Shown: positions 11,501 through 23,500 of the stretch, in pieces
Numbering within the stretch: position 1 is the first letter of the stretch
How the letters are laid out: every line of letters starts with the position of its first letter
Assembly (NCBI GenBank): GCA_965262615.1
Contig: OZ253545.1
Location: 256,001-320,000 of the forward strand
Reading direction: 5' to 3'
Source: Alphaproteobacteria bacterium
Lineage (GTDB): Bacteria; Pseudomonadota; Alphaproteobacteria; GM7ARS4; G965262615
DNA: 64,000 nt
Notes under the pieces: generated by a model
Databases searched by the model: none
Seen by the model: the letters and a program-made list of their open reading frames with translations, nothing else
What the model was told of the DNA's origin: nothing
Made by a program: the position numbers and the translations under genes

Positions 11501-14500
11501 TCCGCTATTGACACCGCCCGTCACATTGAGATTCACCCGACCGCGAAAGTGGCGAGAATGGACGATGGTGGAGCTATCAACCCGTCCGCCATTGAGGTTG
11601 ATGATGGCTTGATCATTACTATCACCGTAAAGGAGATAGGTGGCGACTGAATTGTCTCCCTCAATGACTCCTGTGTTGGTGATGGTGATGGTGTCGGTGG
11701 CAGACCCTGCTCCTGTTGAAGGACCAAAGACGATAATTCCATAGGAATTGGCTGTGGAGGCGGACACTCTGATGGTGCCGCTATTGGTCACATTAACAGT
11801 TCCTGTTCCAGCATGGTTGGCGATCAATCCGTAGTGCGCCGTGCCACAGTTGGCGGTGCAGGCGTTAGCAAATCCGACTGTGGCACTGTTGGTGATGGTG
11901 ATATTTCCGTCAGATGCGGAGGTGGCATAGACTCCGTAGAAGTTAGCCGAATCGCTTTTGACTCCATCAAAGATGAGGTCTCCTGCATTATGAAGCGTGA
12001 CGCTCTTGGCGGATTTAATACGGATAGCAGACCTTTGGCTTGTGCGAACAAATGTGGTGCGTTTGACGGTGCTGCTCGTTTGATAGTTAACGGTGATGCT
12101 CCCTGTCACTTTGGAGGTGGAGAGATCCCCATTGACCACAAACCCACTGCCAATGCCTGAGCGATTCACATTGTCAGCGATGTCATTGATGGTGAGGATG
12201 AGGTCTCCATTGATTGTGCTGTTATTGGTGGCGGCAAAGATGTGTCCCAGGTTCAATCCTCTGACAAATTCTTGTGCGCCGACAGTTCCTCCCGTGCAAT
12301 TGATGCTGCTGGAGCCACGGCAACTCATGGAGGTGGGATTAAAGATCTCATAGAGATTTCTCCACGCCAAATCCAGCTTGCCGCCGTCTTGGGCGAGAGT
12401 GATATCGCCTGTGTACATGCTGCCATTTCTGTGAATTCTCACGCGCGCCGCCAGATTGGCAAGGGTGAGGGATCGTCCCAAAGTGATTCCTGATGAATTG
12501 ATGAGGGTGAAAGGAATGATCTGGTTGCCAGGAATTCCTCTATCGGAATCGTCATCGGTCAGATAGATATCCAAGACGGGTGCGACCGTGCCATTGAAGA
12601 CAAGCGCGCCGCCAAGATTGAAGGTGGATTTGTCGGAATCAAGATACAAACGCAAGGTGCTGTTGGCGTTAAGAGTGAATGTCTCCAGCCCCGTGATGGT
12701 GACATCACTGGAGCGACTGAAGCCGTCCCCAATGGCGACTGTTCCGCCGCCATTGACGGTCAGGCTGTCACTGCCAGCTCGCCAATCGCTGTTTCCTTGG
12801 GTGAGGGCGAAGATTGCGCCACTGTTGATATTGAGTTGGTCATCTCCTGCCGTTCCGCCAAAGCGAATGTTGGTGCGCGAGCCATTGTTGGCATTGACGA
12901 TGAGTCTTCCCTGATACCCACTGCCGTCTGCCAGTTGTGCATCAGACGCGTCCACGACACTGCCGTTGTTAAGATTGAGGGTGGTGAGTCCGCCAGAGGC
13001 ATCAGAGAGCAGCAACAATTCAGACCCACTGCCACTGAGCGTGATGGTGCCCGTGTTGGTGATGGTGGCATTGGCATCTTGTCCACTAAAGGTGATGTCT
13101 ATGGCTGAGGCGTTATCAACGCTGGGAGCACCGATTCCGTGGGCGGCGAGAAGGATGCTTCCGGTGTTACTCACAGACACGGCTGTGCTGTTGGCATGAA
13201 CGATTTGGATGCCTTTGTGCCCACTGCCACAGTTTGTGGTGCAGGGGGTGACAAATCCGAGTCTCTGACTATTGGTGACGCTGGTGTCTCCGCCGGCCGT
13301 TCCTGAGGCCACATAGATTGCGCCCAGATTGTCATTTCCTGCGATGAAGTTGATGCTGCCATCATTATTGACGATGACTGCTCCTGCCGCTTTCACCCGC
13401 AAGCCAAATTTTGATGATGCCGCCACTGCAAACACTCTCTTATTGATGGCAGCGACAGAAGTCTGATTATTGACGGTGATATTGCCGCTGACCATTGACC
13501 CAGAGACGGTGCCATCAATATCAAAGGCGTGATTGGCGGATGTGGCACTGGTGTTGATGTTGTTAGCAAGCGGCGAGTCGGCACTGCCGAGATGAAGAAT
13601 GAGGTCGCCGCTGATGGGGCTTGTGACACCGCTGGTTTGTGCGATGATGTCCGCCAGCGTTGCTCCTTGCACATATTCTTTGGAGGCTCTGGCACTGCCG
13701 CCACAGGTGATTTCGGTTGCGCTGGCGTTTGTTCCCTGAGCGCATGTCAAGCGGACGGTGGCGGGGGTCAGACCACTCCATGAAACCCTCAAGTCATAAG
13801 AAGTGCTGGTGTTGGTGGGGAGCGTGAGCCCGATTGTTCCTGTGTATTGGGTGGAGCCTTGAAATATTTGCACCTTTTCTTGGAGGTGGGCGACGGTCAA
13901 GCCTGTTTCCAGCATGAGCATGCTGCCCTGATTGCCGATGAGAGTGAATGCACTTTGAGATGACAAGTTGGCTCCCGTGGGCAGATAAATCTGAATAACG
14001 GGAGCGTTGTCGCCAATGCCATTAAAGAAGGGATTGGGCAGTGAGATGGGGTTTGATGCGTAACTGCTGTGAAGGAAGAGTCGCAAGATACCATTGGCAT
14101 TGAGATTGAATCTCTCAAGCGATGAGAGGGTCACTCCCGATGAAGGATTGCTGCCGTCTCCCAATGCCAGCACACCGCCTCTGTTGACATTGATTTGGTC
14201 ATTGCCGTTATTGAAGTTGTTACTGCCAAACAGCGAGACCAGTCCGCCGTCATTGATGTTGAGCCTGTCATCGCCTCCCTGTTGATTGCTATTGACGGTT
14301 CTGCCAGCCGTTCCTGAGAAGACAAACGAGGCACGACTGCCTTTATTGGCATTGATGACGAAGTTGCCCCTATAGTTTGTGGTGGCGGCGTTGTCTCCGG
14401 ACTCTTTGATGTAAGTCTTGACACTTCTGGCATCAATGACGCTTCCATCATTGAGGTTGAGTGTGATGGTGTCATCCTTTCTGCCGAATCTCATTCTGAC

Positions 14501-17500
14501 CAGTTCGGACTCTGCGCCACTCATGGTGATGGTTCCCGAATTATTGATGACATAATTGGCGGGGGTGGTAGATGTCACGCGACTGGTCTCACGGATGCTG
14601 ACGGTAAAGGCGGCAGACCCAAACGAGCTGCCAAGATTAATATCCCCACTATTGGCGATGATCTCGCGCGGGATGGCGACCACTCTCACGGTGTTGTTTT
14701 CCACCACGCGGCGGGTGTGATAGTCAACTGTCTCGGCTTGGATGATGGTGGCGATTCCCACATGAGATTTGCCACAATTGGCGGCACAGCCCCCGATGAA
14801 TCCGATGGAGGCGGCATTATTGATTCTGGGCAGTCTGCCGCCAGCGATAATTCCCGCCATGAAGTCACCGTATTGGCTTGTGCCATCTTTGCTGTGTTGT
14901 TTGAAGGCGATGGGGCTGGCGTTATTGATGTTGAGTCTGCTGACACCAGTGGCAAAGCCTTGGGTGATAAAAATACCAGCCACTTGTTCGCCTCTGTCTT
15001 TGGCGTTTTTGACTTCAATGGTGCGTTTGACTCCGCCATCAAAGTATTGGGCATTGAGGGTGAAGATGCCAGAGAAATCGTGGACATTCCCCGTGCCAAG
15101 GTCGGCATAGAACCCGTGACTGATGGAATCGGAAGCGGTGTTGATATCGGCGGCAAGCGGGGCGCGCACCGAGCCGATATTGACGATTGTATTCGCGATG
15201 GTGCGTTTGGTTGTCAATCCGCTGACATTGGAGAGGATGCTATCCAGCACCATGCCTCGTTTGAATTCCTCCGCCGTGGCAGAGCCGTATCCGCAACTGA
15301 TGACGCTAGCCGCGAGGTTACAGCTCATGGTGGTGGGCGCGGCGATAAACCACGAAAGCATGAGAAGGGGCGCGTTATTGCTACTGCCGCCCGTTCCCGT
15401 TCTCCAGGTGACGGTTGTGGGGGTGAGCTGGGTGACTCTGCCACTCGCATCCACGGTGAAGAAGCGCGTTGCTGCGCTGAGGAAGTTTTGCAAAAAGGTT
15501 TCTCTGAAGAGAGCGGTGTAGTTGGTGTTATTGGCGGAAGCTCTCACGATGATTTCCTTTGCGGTGATGACCGTCAAAGCGGTTTGGGCGTTGCGTTGCG
15601 AGATGGGCATTCCTGCGGGCAGATAGATATCCATGGTGGGAGCGGCGATGGTGCTACCATTTCGCAAAACGAGGTTTGTGTCGCTACCCAAGGACATTCC
15701 CGTCAATGCGCCACCGCCGTATGCCAGATGAACGCCGAGCGTTGCGCCCGGTGACACATCCAGAGTGTCAAGTCCTGTGATAGAGGCATTGGCGGCGGCG
15801 GTAGAGCCAGAGCCAAAGACAACCTCGCCACCGGGTTTGGCAAAGATGGTGCTGGTGCCGCTGGTGCTGACCGACGACGCGGAATCATGATGCCATGTGC
15901 TGCCATCTTCCAGATTGACGGTGAAATTGCCACCGCCTGATTTCGTCACCCCGCCAGACACAACGGCATTGTCATTGATATTGATGATAGCCCTCCCCAC
16001 ATTCAGATTCACCAGTTTGCCGCTGGTGACTCGCGCGCCATCATTGAAGTTGATGGTGCTCATGGCATTGCCAGACCCCGACACATACACAGCCGTGCCA
16101 CCCGTGATAATTGTCCCCGAATTGGTGATGGTGATGCTAGCGGTCGCAGAGCCTTTTTCAACATCAATGGCACGAGAGGAAGACCCAGAGCCGACATTGA
16201 TTGTTCCACTGTTACTGATGGTGATGGTGCCACCAGAATTGCCGCGTGTGACATGAATTCCTTTGTGGGCGTTACTGCACAGCGCAATGCAATGCCCGCG
16301 GTATCCGATGGTTGCCCCGCTATTGTTGGTGACGCTCACCGTTCCCGAGCCACCACTTTGAGCATAAAGCCCCGTGAGAGTGACGCTGTTGCCACTCGCT
16401 CCGGCGGCATCAAAAATGAGGTCACCCGCATTGGTGACGGTCACATTGGCGGCGGATTTGGCATACAACGCCGATTGGTTATTGCCGCGCACAAAAATAG
16501 TCCGCTTAGTGGTGACGCTAGACCCTGTTTGGTTAGTGACGGTGAGATTGGCAGAAACCATTGAGCCAGTGACCGTGCCATCGGCGGTGAGCCCGTGTCC
16601 CGTTCCCTCCAGATTGACATCACTGACAAGATTACTCCCACCAAAATCAAAGTTCAAATTGCCTGTGCGCGGGCTATCCAAACCCGTTGTGCCTGCGAAG
16701 ACATCTTTAAGGTTGATGCCCCGCCGAAATTCGTGGCTTCCAGCCCGTCCGCCACCACAGGTCAGTTCGCCACTGTTGTGGGCACATGTCATGGTGGTGC
16801 GAGCAGTGTCGGCGGTGAGTGCGCCCCATGTGACTTGCAATTCTTCGCTGGCTTCGCTGAAGGAAATCGTTCCCGTGTAGTTTTGATTCCCCTGATAAAT
16901 CCGCACCCGAGATTCAAGCCCCGTGAGAGTGTCATTGGAGACCGTCAGCGCGGGGGTTGGTGTGCCCGAAGCAATGATGGAAAAAGCCGTCTTGGCGGCA
17001 ATGGTGTAGCCACTGGGCAGATAGATTTCAATATAGGGAGCACTCGCAGCACCCTGAATGTTCACACCGCCTCCCAGCGTGGCTTTGGTGAAGGAGCTGT
17101 CCATATACAGCACCAGTGTGCTGTCGGCATTGATGTTGGTGCTTGCCAAACCTGAGAAGGTGGCATTGTCCGAACCATCGGAGCTGTTGCCCACCACCAA
17201 TGCACCGCCACCATTCACCGTGAGAACATCCGATCCAGAACCAAAGGCATTGACACCATCCAGATTCAATGTGCCACCACTACGGACAATCACACTGTCA
17301 TCGCCACCTGCGAGATCAAATCTGCCTTTGGCAAACCCGCCGTTCACATTCACGGCAATTGCGGGGTCTTTGACACCGGTTGCGGTCACATACTGGGTGT
17401 CCACCAGTTTGCCTGTTCGCACCAGTCCGCCATTGAGGTTGACGGTGACGGTGGAATCGTTGGCGGTGGCGTATTCGCCTGCGAGATAAATGGCGGTGCT

Positions 17501-20500
17501 GTTTGTTCCGCCGACAATGTTTCCTGTGTTGGTGACGGTGACATTGCCCACATTGAGATTACCCACAGTGCTGACGACAATAGCCTGATTGGGCGCGGAT
17601 GAAGTTCCCGTGCCGATGGAAATCGTGCCCGAATTGGTGACGGTGGCGATTCCCGTTCCAATATGATTGGCAAAAATGCCCACATGATTGCTGCCACAAC
17701 CGGATGTGCAGACGGTGTCAAATCCCACAGTGCCAGAGTTGCTGACGGTGAGACTTCCCCCACCACCACTGCGCACCTCAAGGGCTCGCATGGTATTGGC
17801 AAAACTGCCCGCAACTTGGTCAAAGAACAGATTGCCGGCGTTATTGACGGTCACGGAGCTTGCCGAACGCACAAACAACGCGGCTCTGCCGAGACTGCGC
17901 ACCTGAACGGCTTGTTTGCTGACACTCGCCACCTGATGATTGACGGTGATTGACCCGGTCACTCGTGAGCGATTCGCCGTGCCATCTATTTCAATGCCGT
18001 GTCCTGTGCCTTCGGTATTGATTGTTCGTCCGAAGTCATCAAGTGAGAACACGGCATCGCCCGCGATGGCTCTCACGCCTGCGGCATTAAAGATGGCGGT
18101 GGCTGTCATGCCGAAACGCGCCGTCTCGTCCGAGGAGCTGACACACGAGATGGCATTGCCAGCGACTCCACAGGTGAGCTCAGTGGGCGCGCTCAGCTGC
18201 CCCCATGCCACTTGCAGATTATTGCCAGACTTGGTGAATGTGAGCGTTCCTTCCAGTTCAATGCCGCCTCTGGTGATGACGGCGAAACTGCCCAATTGGG
18301 CGAGGGCGGCATCACTGACCGTCAAATTATCGGCAGAGATGATGGTGAATGCGTTCCGTGAGCCAAGGGTGACTCCCACGGGCAGATTGAGAACAATGCT
18401 CACCCCCTCATTGATGGTCACCGCGGTGTCCGAACTCACATCAAGGGCGGTATCAAATGTGCTTCCCGTTTGGCTGAGAAACAAACCGAGCGTCCCCGAT
18501 GACATCACCGTGAATGTCTCCAAACCACTGATGGAAACGCCATCCGAGCCATTGGTGGCATCACCAACACGCAAAACCCCGTCACGATTGACCGTGAGAG
18601 AATCCGTGCCACCACCAAAATCGGATGTGCCATTGCCAAGCACCAATGCGCCGCCACTATTGACGGTGACGGTGTCAGCTCCGCCAGCTAAATTCAATCT
18701 GCCCGTTGCCGTGCCGCCCGCCACAGTCACCGTGACATTTTGCGAGCCATTGGCATTGAGCAAGGTGTCAGCCGTCACCGTGCCGCCATTGAAATTGACG
18801 ACCGATGCGCCAGTAGGATTGTTAAGCCAAACGGCAAAACTATCCACATTGATGTTGCCCGTGTTGGTCACCGTCTGTGTGCCGCGATTCAAATAAAATC
18901 CAATACTGGAGGTGTTGGTGGTGGCATTGGGTCTCATGGTGATTGTGCCAGAGTTGGTGACGGTGTTCGCCCCCGTGCCAGAGGCAACCTGTGAGAAAAT
19001 GCCGACATGGACGCTGTTACAATTGGTAGTGCAGGTGGCGGCAAAGCTGATGTTGCCCGTGTTGCTGACACTGGCTGTGCCATTTGCCGCGGCATCGGCT
19101 TGAATGCCGCGCAGTCCAGCATTATAGCCGCCGCCTGTTTTTTCAGCAAAAACAAGATTGGCGGCATTGCTCACCGTCACTGAAGCGGCGGATTTCACAT
19201 ACAATGCGGCTTTTCGTTCCCCCCGCACCTGCACGGTTCGTCTTGTGCCGGTGGTTTGATGATTGACGGTCAAATTGCCGGTCACGGAAGAGCCACTGTC
19301 TGTGCCGTCAATTTCAATTCCGTGATTGGCACTTGTGCTGGTGGTGTTCACATCGGTGCTGAATCCATTGAGCGTGACCGAGCCACTGCCGGTGATTGAT
19401 GAGACTCCTGCTCTTGCGAAAATGGTAGCGAGTGTCAATCCGCTTTGCAGTTCCGAGCCGAATCCGCCTGTGCATCGGATGGCGGTGGTTCCCGAACAGC
19501 GCATGGGAGCTTCGGCTCGCCACGACACGGTGAGAATAGACCCATTGCTTCTGGTTGTCAGCGAGCCGAACAGCCCCGCATCACCGCCGAGACTGAGCGA
19601 TGAGCGAGAGCCATCGGCGTTCTGGCGATAAAAATCAATGCTCACCGCCTCAAGATACGCCTGCAGTTGTGAGCTGGTGAGGGTATTTGCGCCATCACTG
19701 CCGCTGATAGACCGAGCGGTCAAAATATCAACGGTGAAGGCATCCCCCACACTGAAGGCAGAGTTCGCAGGAAGGACGATGGCAACCCCTGCTCGCTGAT
19801 TGCTGGCATTTTGATACAGCACCACATTGGTTCCCGCCATGACAGCACCGCCCGTGTAGCCGCTCCCTGATGCCTTCAGATAGATGGCGATGGTGGAATT
19901 GGCACGAGCCTCAAAGGTCTCCAAGCCTACGATGGTGACATCGGAAGACACCATGCCACTCGTGCCACCGCCGATATGAAACTCACCGTAATTCACCACC
20001 TTATCGGCAGTGTCTACATTGACCCTAGTGGCGGAGGGGTTGTTGACGGTGTTTCCTAACCGCACTTCGCCAGCCACACTGCCAAAAGTTCCCATGTCCA
20101 TGCCGAGGGTGCGGAAGACGGCGTTTGTCACATAGGTGTTGCCTGTGCCGCTGTAGCCGATGGTGATGGTGTCGGTGTCATTGCTGCCTGTGTAATATCC
20201 TTCCATGCGCTTGGCTTCACCCGCGCCTGTGTGAAAGAGATTCAATTTGGGGTCCCGCGTCCGCAAGCCACAATTGGTGTCTGAGTTTACTGATGCCCCC
20301 ACAATCCGAAGCCGTCCGCCAACGGGAATCCGCAAGACCCTTCCATCGCCCTGTCCGCCCGTGATTTGAAATAGATTGACAGCATTTGCATCAGTTCCCG
20401 AACAGACGGCATTGCCGCCTCTCGCGCGAGAGAGATCCACAAAAAGATTAATCTCTTCGGTTGCTGTCCGAGAAGTAGCTCTCGTGATAGCGAAGCTTGC

Positions 20501-23500
20501 CTCATAACGCACCGATATGAGATCCCCCGTGGTTTGCACCAATCCAGAGTTATTGATGGTGGCTGTTCCTGCCGTGATTGAGCGAATGCCGTTCAAAGTG
20601 ATGGGAGTATTTTCCCGTCCAAACTGGATGACAAAGGCGGCGGAGCGCGCATTGGCGATTGTTGCTTTTCTGCTTGTTCTTTTGCCGGTGCCGCCATCCA
20701 TGATGATAATGTCACCGCTATTGGTGATGGAAAGGTTGTGGGCGGATGCGCCAGAGGCGAATTCCGCCCCACCGAAATGCCCCAAAATCCCCACATGATT
20801 GCTTCCTCTGCTGGCTTGTCTGGTGGTGTCGGTGGCGGCAAATCCGATGCGTCCCGTGTTGGTGATGGTGACATCTTGCGTTCCTCGCACCTGTGCGCCG
20901 ATGAGGCTGTTATTGAAGGAGCTGCCCGTTTTGCTGAAGACCAGTTGCCCAGCGTTTCTCAGCGTGACATCCTTGTCGTGCTTGACAAACACCGATGCCT
21001 TGTCCGATGCCCGCACCTGAATATCACGGATGGTCTGAGACGAGCCCTGCAGATTGACCGTCAGTGTGCCGCCCACATCGGAGCTTGCCGCCGTGCCATC
21101 GGCGATGAAGCCGTGGTCTGTGCCTGATGTGTTCACGGTGGCGGCGAGATTATTGACACTGAGGGTGAGATTGCCCGACACACTGCCCCCCGTGATGCCT
21201 GTGGCTTTCGCGAAAAATGCCGCCATCGCCATGCCATTGATGAATTCATAGTCGGTGGCGTTACCGCCTAAACAGGAAAGGGTGGTTGCCGAAAGCGAGC
21301 AGGACAGAGAACTGGGGGCAACGCCAAGATTCGTCCACGCCAACTGGAGTTCTTTGCCATTGTTAGATTTGGTGAAGGTGACGGTGGCGGCATACCGCTC
21401 GCCGCCGCGAATGATTCGCAGATTGCTCGCCAGTGCGGTGAGGGTGGCATCGCTGACGGTGAGCGTTCCCGTTCCCACATCAATGATGGTGCTGGCGGCT
21501 CTGTCGGCGAGGCTGAATCCTGCGGGCAGATACAGTTCAATGATGGCATTGCCAAGCGTCAATGCGGTGTTGGTGCCGAATTCGTTGAGGGAGCTACCGT
21601 CATTCTCATAAAAACGCAAAGTCGCCCCCGCATTGATGGTGAATGTATCCAAGCCCGTCATGGTCACGCCGTCCGAGCCGTTGGTGGCATCGCCCAGATG
21701 CAACGCGCCACCGCTATTGACCGTGATGGCATCCGTTCCCGTGCCAAAAACAGACGCGCCATTGGCAAGCACCAGCGTGCCGCCGTTATTGACATTCACC
21801 GTGTCATCCTCGTTGGTGAGACTAAATCTGCCCGTTGCCGTGCCGCCGCCCACATTCACGGTGACAGATTGGTTGGGGCTGGACGAAAACACCAGCATAC
21901 TGTCCACGGTCACCGTGCCGCCGTTGAAGTTAATTGTCGCCGCGCCATTGACACCGCTGGTGAGCAAAACGGCATGAGTGTCGGCGGTGATGTTGCCGGT
22001 GTTGATGAAGGTGGGCGTTCCGCCATCAAAAATCACCCCCCGACTGGAGGTGCCGGCGGTGGTTTTCATATTGAGTGTGCCCGAATTGGTGACGGTGTTC
22101 GCGCCCGTCCCTGAGGCAACCCGTGAATAAATCGCGCTGTGACCCGTGCCGCAATTGGAAGTGCAACTCAAACCAATGCTTCCCGAATTGGTGACCGATG
22201 CCGTGCCAGACGATGCTTCCGCCCTAATGCCGCGCCGAGTGTTACCCCCCGACACAAGCACAAGACTCGCGGCGTTAGTCACCGTGACACTTGCCGCCGA
22301 TTTCACATATAACGCGGCTTTGTCTGCGCCGCGCACCTGCACATCACGCAAGGTGCTGGAGTTGGTTTGGTTATTGACCGTGAGACTTCCCGTTACCCGC
22401 GAGCGACTCACCGTTCCATCAATTTCAATGCCATGCCCTGTGCCTGCGGTGTTGACGGTGGCGGCGAGATTGCCCAAGTTCAGCGTCAGATTGCCGGCGT
22501 GAGTGCCGCTAGAGAACGCACTGAGCGCCTGCAAACTGATAAAAATGCTGCTCAGTTTGATGCCACCCGTGAATTCGGCGTTGCTGGCGACACCCCCCGA
22601 GCAATCAACGGTGGTGGTGGATGTCGTATAGGAGCAATTCATGGAGGATGCCCTGAAAACCTGCCATCCCACCTGCATTTTTTGTCCCGACTTGGTGAGC
22701 GCGGCTTCAAAGCCTTCAAGCGCGGTGACGGAATTGTTTGTGCCAGCCGTGTAAAGACGCACATTGATTTGACTCGCCGTAAAGGTCAGAGTCTCGCCAG
22801 TTCCTGTGATGGAAATCAAATCAAAGGCGGCGCGATCTTCCAGCGTGTAGCCAGACGGCAACACAATCTCAAGGGTGATAGCCGCGCCACTGCTGGCAAA
22901 ACTCATGCTTCCTTCGGGAAGGGCGAAGACACCGGGCGAGGTGACGCTGTCCACAAACATCCGCAAAGTCGCCCCGGCATTGATATCAAATTCCTCCAAG
23001 AGTCTGATGGTCACCGCGTCCGAGCCAAAGCTCCTCTCACCCAAATGGAGTGTGCCGCCAGCATTGACATTGAGGGTGTCGTCTCCCGTGCTGAAATTGG
23101 AAGTGTCAAGCACCAAAATGCCGCCGTTCACATTGACATCGTCATCGCCTGAGCTGAAAAATAATCCCCCCGATGCCGTGCCGCCCGCCACATTGATGGT
23201 GTAATCGCCACTTCCTGCGTTATCCTGAACCAAGGATCCCCTCGAATCCACCGTTCCGCCATTGAAATTGACGGTGACATCACCACTGATGCTGTTTAAT
23301 CTGATGGCAACGGTGTTGGTGCCGCCCATCGTGATGTCGCCAGTGTTGGTGATGGTCACATTCCGTGATGTTGTGTTAACCTGAATGGCGATGTTGGCGT
23401 TGGCTGGATTGGTGGCATCCGTTGACCTGCCAATCGTGATGTCGCCACTGTTGACGATGGTGACGCCGCCATTGCCACTGGGTGTCACCTCAATGCCCAC

